Origin: an uncultured Gemmatimonadaceae bacterium
GTDB taxonomy: Bacteria > Gemmatimonadota > Gemmatimonadetes > Gemmatimonadales > Gemmatimonadaceae
DNA: 64,000 bases
Direction: 5' to 3'
Assembly: GCA_963761305.1 (NCBI GenBank)
Contig: CAVXGK010000001.1
Coordinates: 1,536,001-1,600,000 of the forward strand
Part shown: positions 26,330 through 35,495 of the stretch, piece after piece
Position numbering within the stretch: position 1 is the first letter of the stretch
Layout: every line of letters begins with the position of its first letter
The notes under the pieces: generated by a model
What the model was told of the DNA's origin: nothing
Database searches by the model: none
Seen by the model: only the letters and a program-made list of their open reading frames with translations
Translations under genes and position numbers: made by a program

Positions 26330-28579
26330 GTGCGACGAACTCCCGTGTCGCGTGGCGCCGCCGTTTGGCGGGCTGTGGCGTCGCTCGCGCTCGTCGCGTC
26401 GTCGGCCGCGGCGCAGCGCACACCGCCGTCCGAAGACGGGTACGACCTGTGGCTCCGCTATCGCCTCGTCGCCGACGCGCCGCGTCTCGCCGAGTATCGC
26501 GCTGCCATCAGCGCGATTTACATCGACGGCGACTCGCCGACGCTCCAGGCGGCGCGCGACGAGCTGACGCGAGGACTGACCGGTCTCCTCGGGCGCACGA
26601 TTCCCGTTTCGCAGGGAGTGACCGGCGACGGTGTCGTCATCGGCGGCACGCCGAGCAGCTCAGCGGTCGTGAAATCGATGGCGCTCGACGCCGCACTCCG
26701 GCCGCTGGGCGCCGAGGGATTTCTGTTGCGCGCCACGACCGTGCATGGAAAGCGCGCGATCGTGATCGCCGCGAACAGCGACGTGGGCGTTCTGTACGGA
26801 GCGTTCGCGTTGCTGGCGCGACTCCAGCAGTCGATGCCGGTCGCGCGGCTCGACGTGTCGAGCGCGCCGCGCATTCAGTTCCGTCTGATCGACCACTGGG
26901 ACAACCTCGATCGCAGCATCGAGCACGGCTACGGCGGACTATCGCTGTGGGAATGGGCCGCCCTCCCCGATTCGATCTCGCCGCGCTATCGCGATTATGC
27001 GCGCGCCGAAGCGTCAATCGGCGTCAACGGCGTTGCGCTCACGAACGTCAACGCGAACGCCAAGGCGTTGACGGCCGAATACCTGAAGAAAGTGGCGGCG
27101 CTCGCCGGCGTCTTTCGTCCGTACGGCATTCGCGTGTACCTCACGGCGCGCTTCAGCGCGCCGATCGAGATCGGTGGACTCAAGACGGCGGACCCTCTCG
27201 ATCCCGCGGTGCGCGCGTGGTGGAAGGCCAAGGCCGACGAGATCTACTCCGCGGTTCCCGACTTCGGCGGTTTCCTCGTCAAGGCGAACTCGGAAGGACA
27301 GCCGGGTCCGCAGGACTACGAGCGCTCGCACGCCGACGGCGCCAACATGCTCGCCGACGCGGTGGGTGCGCACGGCGGCATCGTCATCTGGCGCGCGTTC
27401 GTCTATAGCAACGAGGTGCCGACCGACCGCGTGAAACAGGCGTACGAGGAGTTCACGCCGCTCGACGGACAGTTCCGCGACAACGTGATGATTCAGGTGA
27501 AGAACGGCCCGCTCGACTTCCAACCGCGCGAACCGTTCTCACCGCTCTTCGGCGCGATGCCCAAAACGCCGCTCATTCTCGAATTCCAGATCACGAAAGA
27601 GTACCTCGGCGAGGACACCCATCTCGTATTCCTCGGCTCGCTGTTTTCTGAGGTACTATCGGCTGACACGTGGGTCCACGGCAAAGGCTCGACGGTCGCC
27701 AACGTGATCGACGGCTCGCTGCACGGTTATCAGCGCACGGGAATCGCCGGCGTCGCGAACACGGGTACGGATCGCAACTGGACCGGATCGCATTTCAACC
27801 AGGCGAACTGGTACGCGTTCGGCCGGCTCGCGTGGGATCCGAGCTTGAGGCCGGGGACGATCGCCGAAGAGTGGGCGCGCCGCACGTTCTCGAACGATCC
27901 GAAGGTCGTCGCGCCGATCGTGCACATGATGCTCGTGTCGCGCGAAGCCGTCGTGAACTACATGGAGCCGCTCGGGCTCGCACACATGATGGGCACGGAC
28001 CACCACTACGGTCCAGCGCCGTGGGCCCGTCTCGCTCGCGCGGACTGGATGCCCTCCTACTACCATCGTGCGGACAGCGTCGGCATCGGGTTCGAACGCT
28101 CGCCCAAGGGGAGCGACGCCGTCTCACAGTATGCGCAGCCGCTGCGCGAGCTTTTTGGCGTCCGTGCGCAAACACCGGACTCGCTGCTGCTCTGGTTCCA
28201 CCATGTCGGCTGGACGGAGCGCACGAAATCGGGACGCACGCTGTGGGAGGATCTCTTCTACCACTACGGCAAGGGAATCGACACCGTCCGCTCGATGCGT
28301 CGCACGTGGCAGTCGCTGGGGGGAAAGATCGACAGCGCTCGTTTTCACGACGTCGACGATTTCCTCGCGATCCAGGAGCACGAGGCCGTGTGGTGGCGCG
28401 ACGCCGTGCTCTCGTACTTCCAAACGTTCTCGAACCTACCAGTGCCGAATGGCTACACGCCGTTCGCGCATCCGCTCTCGTTCTACCGCGCGCTTCGCTG
28501 CCCGGCCGGTCCCCCCGGAGATGTTCGCGCCTTTACGGCACTCGATGCGCGCAAGCCGCGCTGCCCCGCCGTTTACTGA
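26330..28579 (+). CDS. aguA: Alpha-glucuronidase, GH67
   Basis: EDGYDLWLRY, HWDNLD, NVNA, FLVKANSEGQPGP, KNGPLDFQPREP and EFQITKEYLG motifs. Signal peptide. Confidence 0.95.
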   Translation: MRRTPVSRGAAVWRAVASLALVASSAAAQRTPPSEDGYDLWLRYRLVADAPRLAEYRAAISAIYIDGDSPTLQAARDELTRGLTGLLGRTIPVSQGVTGDGVVIGGTPSSSAVVKSMALDAALRPLGAEGFLLRATTVHGKRAIVIAANSDVGVLYGAFALLARLQQSMPVARLDVSSAPRIQFRLIDHWDNLDRSIEHGYGGLSLWEWAALPDSISPRYRDYARAEASIGVNGVALTNVNANAKALTAEYLKKVAALAGVFRPYGIRVYLTARFSAPIEIGGLKTADPLDPAVRAWWKAKADEIYSAVPDFGGFLVKANSEGQPGPQDYERSHADGANMLADAVGAHGGIVIWRAFVYSNEVPTDRVKQAYEEFTPLDGQFRDNVMIQVKNGPLDFQPREPFSPLFGAMPKTPLILEFQITKEYLGEDTHLVFLGSLFSEVLSADTWVHGKGSTVANVIDGSLHGYQRTGIAGVANTGTDRNWTGSHFNQANWYAFGRLAWDPSLRPGTIAEEWARRTFSNDPKVVAPIVHMMLVSREAVVNYMEPLGLAHMMGTDHHYGPAPWARLARADWMPSYYHRADSVGIGFERSPKGSDAVSQYAQPLRELFGVRAQTPDSLLLWFHHVGWTERTKSGRTLWEDLFYHYGKGIDTVRSMRRTWQSLGGKIDSARFHDVDDFLAIQEHEAVWWRDAVLSYFQTFSNLPVPNGYTPFAHPLSFYRALRCPAGPPGDVRAFTALDARKPRCPAVY

Positions 28580-28623
28580 TTTCTCTCGCTGTTTGACCGG
28601 TCTACCGGTCCACCATTTTTCTC

Positions 28624-29790
28624 ATGACATCAGACGCGTACACCCCGCAGCCCGAGCATCATTTCACCTTCGGCTTGTGGACCGTCGGCAACGTCGGCCG
28701 CGATCCGTTCGGCGATCCCGTGCGGCCGCCCGTGCCGCCGACGCGCATCGTGCGTGAGCTCGCCAAACTCGGCGCCTACGGCGTGAACCTGCACGACAAC
28801 GACCTCGTGCCGCGCGACGCGAGCGCCGCCGATCGCGATCGCATCGTCCGCGAGTTCAGGGCGGCGCTCGACGAGACGGGCATGAAGGTCCCGATGGCGA
28901 CGACGAACCTGTTCGGCGATCCGGTCTTTCGCGACGGCGCGTTCACCAGCAGCGACGCCCGTGTGCGCGACTACGCGCTCCAGAAGACGATGCACGCGAT
29001 CGACCTCGGCGTGGAGCTCGGCGCCGAGACGTACGTGTTCTGGGGCGGACGCGAAGGCGTCGAGACGAACGCGGCGAAAGATCCGCAGGAAGCCGTGAAG
29101 TGGTTCCGCGAAGCCATCGACTACCTCTGCGAATACGTCCGATCACAGAAATACGCGCTGCGGTTCGCGCTCGAGCCGAAACCCAACGAACCGCGCGGCG
29201 ACATCTTCTTCCCGACGATCGGACACATGCTGGCGTTCATCTACACGCTCGCGCATCCGGACATGGTCGGGCTCAACCCGGAGATCGCGCACGACACGAT
29301 GGCCGGCCTCGATTTCTCGCACGGCGTGGCGCAGGCGCTAGAGGCGGGCAAGCTCTTTCACATCGACCTCAACGCGCAGAAGCCCGGCCGGTTCGACCAG
29401 GACTTGCGGTTCGGCAGCGAGGACGTGAAGGGCGCGTTCTTTCTGGTGAAGCTGCTCGAGGACGCGAAGTGGCCCGGCATGCGGCACTTCGACAGCCACG
29501 CCTATCGCACCGAAGACGACGCCGGCGTGTGGGACTTTGCGCGCGGCAGCATGCGCACCTATCTCATCCTCAAAGAAAAGGTGGCGCGCTTCAACGCCGA
29601 CGCCGAGGTTCAGGGAATGCTCAACGCGCTCGAGTCGCGCGGCGGTGCGGGGACGCGGCCGCGTTTCTCGCCGGAGGGCGCGCGCGAGCTCAAGACGCGC
29701 GCCTTCGACCTCGACGCGATGCGCAGCCCCGGCTACGCGTACGAACGGCTCGATCAGCTGACGATGGAGATTCTGCTCGGAGTGCGTTGA
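28624..29790 (+). CDS. xylA: Xylose isomerase (short class I type)
   Basis: [40 protein letters not shown] and FDQDLRFG motifs. Confidence 0.97.
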   Translation: MTSDAYTPQPEHHFTFGLWTVGNVGRDPFGDPVRPPVPPTRIVRELAKLGAYGVNLHDNDLVPRDASAADRDRIVREFRAALDETGMKVPMATTNLFGDPVFRDGAFTSSDARVRDYALQKTMHAIDLGVELGAETYVFWGGREGVETNAAKDPQEAVKWFREAIDYLCEYVRSQKYALRFALEPKPNEPRGDIFFPTIGHMLAFIYTLAHPDMVGLNPEIAHDTMAGLDFSHGVAQALEAGKLFHIDLNAQKPGRFDQDLRFGSEDVKGAFFLVKLLEDAKWPGMRHFDSHAYRTEDDAGVWDFARGSMRTYLILKEKVARFNADAEVQGMLNALESRGGAGTRPRFSPEGARELKTRAFDLDAMRSPGYAYERLDQLTMEILLGVR

Positions 29791-29791
29791 C

Positions 29792-31297
29792 GTGACGCGC
29801 TCCACCTTCCTCGGCGTCGACGTCGGCACGAGCGGCGTCAAGGCGATTCTCGTCGACGCTTCGGGCGACGTGCTGGCGTCGGCCGTCACGCCGCTCCAAC
29901 TCTCGACGCCGCAGCCAGGATGGGCCGAGCAGGATCCGGACGCATGGTGGGCGGCGACCGCGGCGGCGATTCGAACCGTGCTTGGCGCGCGGCCGGGTGA
30001 GTACCCCGACGCGGTCGGCGTGTCCGGCCAGATGCACTCGTCGGTCTTTCTCGATGCGCGCGGCGACGTCATTCGGCCCGCGCTCCTGTGGTGCGACGGC
30101 CGCACGACCGCCGAGTGTCGCGAGATCACCGAGCGCGTGGGCGGCGAGCGTCGCTTGCGCGAGCTGGCATCCAATCCCGCGCTCGAGGGCTTCACGCTGC
30201 CGAAGGTCCTCTGGCTGCGACGGCACGAGCCGAACGCGTTCGCGCGCCTCGCGACGGTGATGCTGCCCAAGGATTTCATTCGCTACAAGCTCACCGGCGT
30301 CATCGCCACGGAACCGTCGGACGCGTCGGCGACGTTGATGTACGACACGGCGCGCCTGCGCTGGAGCACCGAGATCCTCGACGCCGTCGGTCTTTCGCAC
30401 AGCATCGTGCCGAACGTGGGTGGATCGTCCGAGGTGCTCGGACGCGTCTCGGTAGAGGGTGCCGGCGCAACGGGCCTTCGGTCCGGCACTCCGGTGGTCG
30501 GCGGCGGCGCCGACAACGCCTGCGGCGCGGCCGGCGTCGGTGCGATTGCGCCGGGTGAAGCGGTGTCGAGTTGGGGGACGTCGGGCACCGTGCTCGCGCC
30601 GATGTCGGAACCGCGCGTCGATCCGACGCTCCGCGCGCACACGTTCTGCCACGTCGCGCCGGGCGTGTGGTATATCATGGGCGTCGTCCTCTCGGCCGGC
30701 GGCGCATTCGCCTGGTATCGTGACCAGCTCGCGCGCGACCTCGCCAGCACCGGCGAAGCGAACGAGCGGCTCAACGCCGAGGCGATGGCGATTCCGCCGG
30801 GCGCCGAGGGCGTGACGTTCCTGCCGTATCTGCAGGGCGAACGCACGCCGCATCGCGACGCGTCGGCGCGCGGCGCCCTCCTCGGCTTGAGCCTCGCGCA
30901 TTCGCGCGCGCACGTCACGCGTGCGGTGATCGAAGGCGTGTGTTTCGCGCTCCGCGACTCGGTGACGATCCTCCAGGAGCTCGGCGTCACGACCGACCAG
31001 ATGTTGTTGACCGGCGGCGGTGCGCGTGTGCCGTTCCTGCGGAAGATGCAGGCCGACGTGTTCGGGCTGCCGGTGTGCACGGTGAATCGCGAGGAAGGGC
31101 CGGCGTACGGCGCGGCGCTGTTGGCGGCCGTCGGGGCCGGCGCGTTTCCCGATGTGGCCTCCGCCGCCGCCGCGACGCTGCGACGGGCGCCGGTCGAACA
31201 GCCGGCGCCTGGCGCGCACGCGGCGTACGACGAGCCGTATCGCCGTTTCCGCGAGTCCTTCCACGCGGCGCATACGGGCGCAGATTCAAGGCGCTGA
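29792..31297 (+). CDS. xylB: Xylulokinase
   Basis: FGGY family motifs GVDVGTSG, SGQMH, WCDGRT, GGADNA and PYLQGERTP. Directly follows xylA. Confidence 0.93.
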   Translation: MTRSTFLGVDVGTSGVKAILVDASGDVLASAVTPLQLSTPQPGWAEQDPDAWWAATAAAIRTVLGARPGEYPDAVGVSGQMHSSVFLDARGDVIRPALLWCDGRTTAECREITERVGGERRLRELASNPALEGFTLPKVLWLRRHEPNAFARLATVMLPKDFIRYKLTGVIATEPSDASATLMYDTARLRWSTEILDAVGLSHSIVPNVGGSSEVLGRVSVEGAGATGLRSGTPVVGGGADNACGAAGVGAIAPGEAVSSWGTSGTVLAPMSEPRVDPTLRAHTFCHVAPGVWYIMGVVLSAGGAFAWYRDQLARDLASTGEANERLNAEAMAIPPGAEGVTFLPYLQGERTPHRDASARGALLGLSLAHSRAHVTRAVIEGVCFALRDSVTILQELGVTTDQMLLTGGGARVPFLRKMQADVFGLPVCTVNREEGPAYGAALLAAVGAGAFPDVASAAAATLRRAPVEQPAPGAHAAYDEPYRRFRESFHAAHTGADSRR

Positions 31298-31316
31298 TTC
31301 GCTCTCGCCAGATCAC

Positions 31317-32369
31317 ATGCGACGTGTCCTTCGACATCTGCTCGGCCTCCAGGAGGCCGGCCTCGTTCTCGTCCTCGTCGCGCTCGCGATCGCATTGACC
31401 GCGCTCGCCGGGTCGCACGTCGATCCGTTGTCCGGGCAGACGGTCAACAACTTCTGGAACTCGTACACGCTGATTCAAACCGCGACCGACGCGACGTTCT
31501 TCGCCATCATGGCGATCGGCGCGACGGTCGTCATCATCTCGGGCGGCATCGATCTCTCGGTCGGTTCGGTCTACGCGCTGTCGGGCGTGTCGATGGCGCT
31601 GCTCCTGCGCGCGCTCGGCCCGATGAGCCCCGGCACGACGACGATCGTCGGCCTCGTGGCGTGCGTCGGTGTCGGGTTGTTGAGCGGGCTGCTGAACGGC
31701 ATGCTCGTCGTCGGGCTGCGCGTGCATCCGTTCATCGTCACGCTCGGCACGATGTGGATCCTGCGCGGCATCGCGTTCGTCGCCACGCGCGCGCTCAGCA
31801 TTCTGGTGCCGCCGGCGCTCACGCACGTCGCCAAAGCGTCGCTCGGATTGCGCGGCGGCCTGTATCCGGTGCCGATGCTGGCGATGCTCGTGTGCGCCGT
31901 GATCGGCACGATCTACCTCACGCGCACCGTGATGGGCCGGCACATCTTCGCGTTCGGCGGCAACATCGAGGCGAGCCGGTTCGCCGGACTCTCGCTGCGC
32001 CGGATTCAGATCGGCGTGTTCGTCGTCGCCGGGCTCACCGCCGGCTTCGCCGCGTTCCTCGGCGCGAGCTTCTACGGCTCGGCGTCGTCGGGCGACGCGC
32101 AGGGCTACGAGCTGTACGTCATCGCGTCGGCCGTCGTCGGCGGCGCGAGTCTCGTCGGCGGACGCGGCAGCGCGCTCGGCGCCACGCTCGGCGCGGTGCT
32201 CATCGTTCTCATTCGACAATCCATACGCACGCTCCACTTCGATCAGAACTACGAATGGATCGTGATCGGCTGCGCGATCATCCTCGCCGTCGTCGTCGAT
32301 CAAACGAGCACCCGATTGACCGCCCGGCGTCTCGCCGGACGCGCAGCCGTCGCAGGCGAATCGTCGTGA
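31317..32369 (+). CDS. Monosaccharide ABC permease (RbsC/XylH-like)
   Basis: ISGGIDLSVGS, PFIVTLG, GGNIEAS and YELYVIASAVVGGASL motifs. ATG at 31317. Confidence 0.9.
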   Translation: MRRVLRHLLGLQEAGLVLVLVALAIALTALAGSHVDPLSGQTVNNFWNSYTLIQTATDATFFAIMAIGATVVIISGGIDLSVGSVYALSGVSMALLLRALGPMSPGTTTIVGLVACVGVGLLSGLLNGMLVVGLRVHPFIVTLGTMWILRGIAFVATRALSILVPPALTHVAKASLGLRGGLYPVPMLAMLVCAVIGTIYLTRTVMGRHIFAFGGNIEASRFAGLSLRRIQIGVFVVAGLTAGFAAFLGASFYGSASSGDAQGYELYVIASAVVGGASLVGGRGSALGATLGAVLIVLIRQSIRTLHFDQNYEWIVIGCAIILAVVVDQTSTRLTARRLAGRAAVAGESS

Positions 32370-33871
32370 GCGGAACCGCCGTCCGGTTCGAGGGAGTCAC
32401 CAAGCGATTCCCCGGCGTGCAGGCGCTCGACGACGTGACGCTCACCGTCGCCGCCGGCTCGTGCCACGCGCTCTGCGGCGAAAACGGCGCCGGCAAGAGC
32501 ACGCTCGGAAAAATCCTCGCCGGCGTCTATAGGCCTGATGCAGGGCACGTATTCATCGACGACCGCGAGGTGAACTTCGCCGGTCCGCGCGACGCGTTCG
32601 CCGCCGGCGTCGGCATCGTGCACCAGGAGCTCGCCTTCTGCGAGAATTTGTCCGTCGCCGAGAATCTCTGCCTGGGCGCGTTGCCGGTGTCACGCGGCCT
32701 CGTCGACCGGCGCGCCGTCGTGCGGCGCGCCCGCGAGATGCTGGCGTCGATCGGCGCCGACCTCGACGTGACGCGACGACTCGGCGAGCTGCCGATCGCG
32801 CAACAGCAGATGGTGCAGATCGCCGTTGCCGTCGGCGGCGGAGCGCGCATCATCGTCTTCGACGAGCCGACGAGCAGCTTGAGCCAGGTGGAAGCCGAGC
32901 GTCTCTACGCGCTGATCGACGATCTGAAATCGCGCGACGTGACCTGCATCTACGTGTCGCATCGCATGGCCGAAGTGTATCGGCTATGCGACACGATCTC
33001 GGTGTTGCGCGACGGCCGACACGTCGCGACGAAGCCCACGCCGGAGCTGAGCGAGCCGGATCTCGTGCACCTGATGATCGGCCGCCCTGTCGCTGTCTAC
33101 TTCGGCCGGCATGGGGACGACGCGACGACGTCGATTCCCGAGCGAAAGGAGCTGCTGCGCGTCGAGCATCTCTCCTCCGCCGGTCGCTTCGATGACGTCT
33201 CGTTCTCGGTGCGCGCGGGTGAAGTCGTCGGGCTCGCCGGGCTGGTCGGCGCCGGACGGTCGGACGTCGCCGAGACGATCTTCGGCGCGCGCGCGCGAAG
33301 CGCGGGACGCGTCACGCTCGACGGCCAGGACGCGAACGTCTCCGATCCGGCCGGCGCGATTCGCCTCGGCATCGCGCTCGTGCCGGAGGATCGAAAACGA
33401 CAGGGTCTCGTGTTGTCGGAGAGCGCGCGTCGAAATACGACGCTGCCGCTTCTCGAGCGCCTGTCGCGCTTCACCTGGCTCAAACAGACGGAAGAGCGCG
33501 CGCTGGTCGAGCGTCATTTCCATATGCTGCGCGTGCGCGCGCCGGACATTGACGCGCCGGTCGCCGGACTTTCCGGCGGCAACCAGCAGAAGATCGTGCT
33601 CGCGCGCTGGCTCGCCGCGAATGCAAGAGTGCTGATGCTCGACGAGCCCACGCGCGGCGTGGACGTGGGCGCGAAGGCCGAGATTCATGGGCTCATTCGC
33701 GAGATCGCCGACAGGGGCGCGGGCGTGCTGCTCATCTCGAGCGAGTTGCCCGAGTTGCTCAGCTTGTCCACGCGCATTCTCGTGCTGCGCGCCGGTCGTC
33801 TGGTCGGCGAGATGCCGGCTGCCGGCGCGACGCAAGACGGTCTGCTGCGGCTCATGGCCGGCATCGGCTGA
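32366..33871 (+). CDS. Monosaccharide ABC ATP-binding protein (RbsA/XylG-like)
   Basis: GTG start overlapping the permease stop. KRFPGVQAL, GENGAGKST, LSGGNQQK and DEPTRGVDVGAK motifs. Confidence 0.92.
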   Translation: MSGTAVRFEGVTKRFPGVQALDDVTLTVAAGSCHALCGENGAGKSTLGKILAGVYRPDAGHVFIDDREVNFAGPRDAFAAGVGIVHQELAFCENLSVAENLCLGALPVSRGLVDRRAVVRRAREMLASIGADLDVTRRLGELPIAQQQMVQIAVAVGGGARIIVFDEPTSSLSQVEAERLYALIDDLKSRDVTCIYVSHRMAEVYRLCDTISVLRDGRHVATKPTPELSEPDLVHLMIGRPVAVYFGRHGDDATTSIPERKELLRVEHLSSAGRFDDVSFSVRAGEVVGLAGLVGAGRSDVAETIFGARARSAGRVTLDGQDANVSDPAGAIRLGIALVPEDRKRQGLVLSESARRNTTLPLLERLSRFTWLKQTEERALVERHFHMLRVRAPDIDAPVAGLSGGNQQKIVLARWLAANARVLMLDEPTRGVDVGAKAEIHGLIREIADRGAGVLLISSELPELLSLSTRILVLRAGRLVGEMPAAGATQDGLLRLMAGIG

Positions 33872-35136
33872 TGATGCCGACAAACGCCGCACGATCACGC
33901 TCTCCGCGGCGACGCTCACTTCTCGCGTGGCTCGCGACACTCGTCGCGCTGTCGTGCGGGCGATTCCACTCGTCGCCCACGAGCGGCGACCGGCGATGGA
34001 TCGCCGCGTGGGAAGCCGCGCCGCAGCTCACCGAACCGAACAACATGCCGCCGGCGCCGGGGCTCCCGGGCAACACGCTGCGACAGCTGATTCGTCCGTC
34101 GCTCGACGGCACCCGATGGCGATTTCGCTTGTCGAACGAGTTCGGCGACGCACCGCTCGTGATCGATGCGGCGCACGTCGCGCGCGCCGGTGCAGTTCGC
34201 GGCGCGATCGATCCGTCGACCGACGTCACTCTCGAATTCGGCGGCAACGCCTCGGTGACGATCGACGCGGGACACGCGGTGCTCTCCGACCCTGTGTCAT
34301 TCGTCGCCGCTCCCTTCTCCGACATAGCGATCACGCTTTCCGTTGCGCGGGCGCCGAGCGGCTTGACCGGACATCCGGGTTCGCGAACGACGTCGTACAT
34401 CGTGCGCGGAAATCAGGTCTCCGCCGCGTCGCTCACCGATACGACGCCCGTCGTGCACTGGTACGCGATCAGCGGCGCCGAGGTGGAGTCCAACGCGGTC
34501 GGCGCGGTCGTGGTGCTCGGCAATTCGATCGCCGACGGACGCGGCTCAGGCACGGACAAGAACGACCGCTGGCCCGACAACCTCGCTCGGAGACTCGCCG
34601 CGGCGGCGAACACACGCGGGAGCGTCGCCGTCCTCAACGCGGGCATCGGTGGCAACGCCGTGGTGCGCGGAGGACTCGGCCCCACGGCGCGGGCGCGATT
34701 CGCGCGAGACGTGTTGTCGCAAGCCGGCGTGCGTTGGCTGATTCTCTCCGAGGGCGTGAACGACATCGGTGGCGCGCGCGGCGCGGACTCCTCGGCGTCG
34801 ATCGCGCGGCAATTGATCGATGCCTATCGCGACATGGTTCGCCAGGCGCGCGAGCGAGGGATTCGCGTGTACGGTGCGACGATTCTGCCGTTCGGAGGAT
34901 CGCAGTATTCGTCGCCCGAACACGAGTCGGCGCGTGCGACGGTGAACGCGTGGATTCGCACCAGCGGCGCCTTCGATGAAGTGGTCGACTTTGACCGAAC
35001 GATGCGCGACCCGGGCGACCCGACCCGCCTTCGGAGCGACGGCGACAGCGGCGACCACCTCCACCCGAACGAGGCCGGCTACCGCATGATGGCCGACGCC
35101 GTGGACCTGTCCTTCTTCGATTTTCGACGCGAATAG
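33871..35136 (+). CDS. SGNH/GDSL esterase lipoprotein, candidate xylan deacetylase
   Basis: LGNSIADG, NAGIGGN, EGVND and GDHLHP blocks. Lipobox ALSC. The substrate is inferred from context. Confidence 0.8.
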   Translation: MMPTNAARSRSPRRRSLLAWLATLVALSCGRFHSSPTSGDRRWIAAWEAAPQLTEPNNMPPAPGLPGNTLRQLIRPSLDGTRWRFRLSNEFGDAPLVIDAAHVARAGAVRGAIDPSTDVTLEFGGNASVTIDAGHAVLSDPVSFVAAPFSDIAITLSVARAPSGLTGHPGSRTTSYIVRGNQVSAASLTDTTPVVHWYAISGAEVESNAVGAVVVLGNSIADGRGSGTDKNDRWPDNLARRLAAAANTRGSVAVLNAGIGGNAVVRGGLGPTARARFARDVLSQAGVRWLILSEGVNDIGGARGADSSASIARQLIDAYRDMVRQARERGIRVYGATILPFGGSQYSSPEHESARATVNAWIRTSGAFDEVVDFDRTMRDPGDPTRLRSDGDSGDHLHPNEAGYRMMADAVDLSFFDFRRE

Positions 35137-35253
35137 ACCATCGTCAAAGGTCCCAACCCGTTGTGTCGAAGGGGCTTCGGACCTTCGCGGTTCGAGGGAT
35201 CGGGCTCAGTTGTTCGGGTTCGATGAGCGTTCGCGAAGCGCGACGGTTCGCTC

Positions 35254-35305
35254 TTGACACGTGCGAGCGCGGCCGTAAAATCGTGTGACCATTATGTCAT
35301 ATGAT
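35254..35305 (+). promoter_or_regulatory. Sigma70-type promoter and candidate operator for the susC operon
   Basis: TTGACA (35254-35259), 16-nt spacer, TAAAAT (35276-35281). GTCATATGAT at 35296-35305. Confidence 0.7.
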
Positions 35306-35495
35306 GACTTTGCGGCTGTATCGGCTCGGCCACAAAGTCAGCTTGGACCCTCGAGGACGCAGCACTCCACCCCCACGGCGTATCCGCAGCGCGCGTTTTC
35401 CCACCGCGGCGCTCGGCCATGGACCTCGTTGCTCCGAGTGCAGCTGCTGTCCGCTCGCCGCGCCGTACGAATTCTCATTCTCGGAGGAACGACTG

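Noticed and set aside
35137..35250. Imperfect hairpin AAGGTCC...GGACCTT after the SGNH gene, and similar ones near 24853-24900 and 47330-47385
   Set aside because: The stems are imperfect and lack U-tracts. They are plausible terminators but not distinguishable from chance at this GC content.
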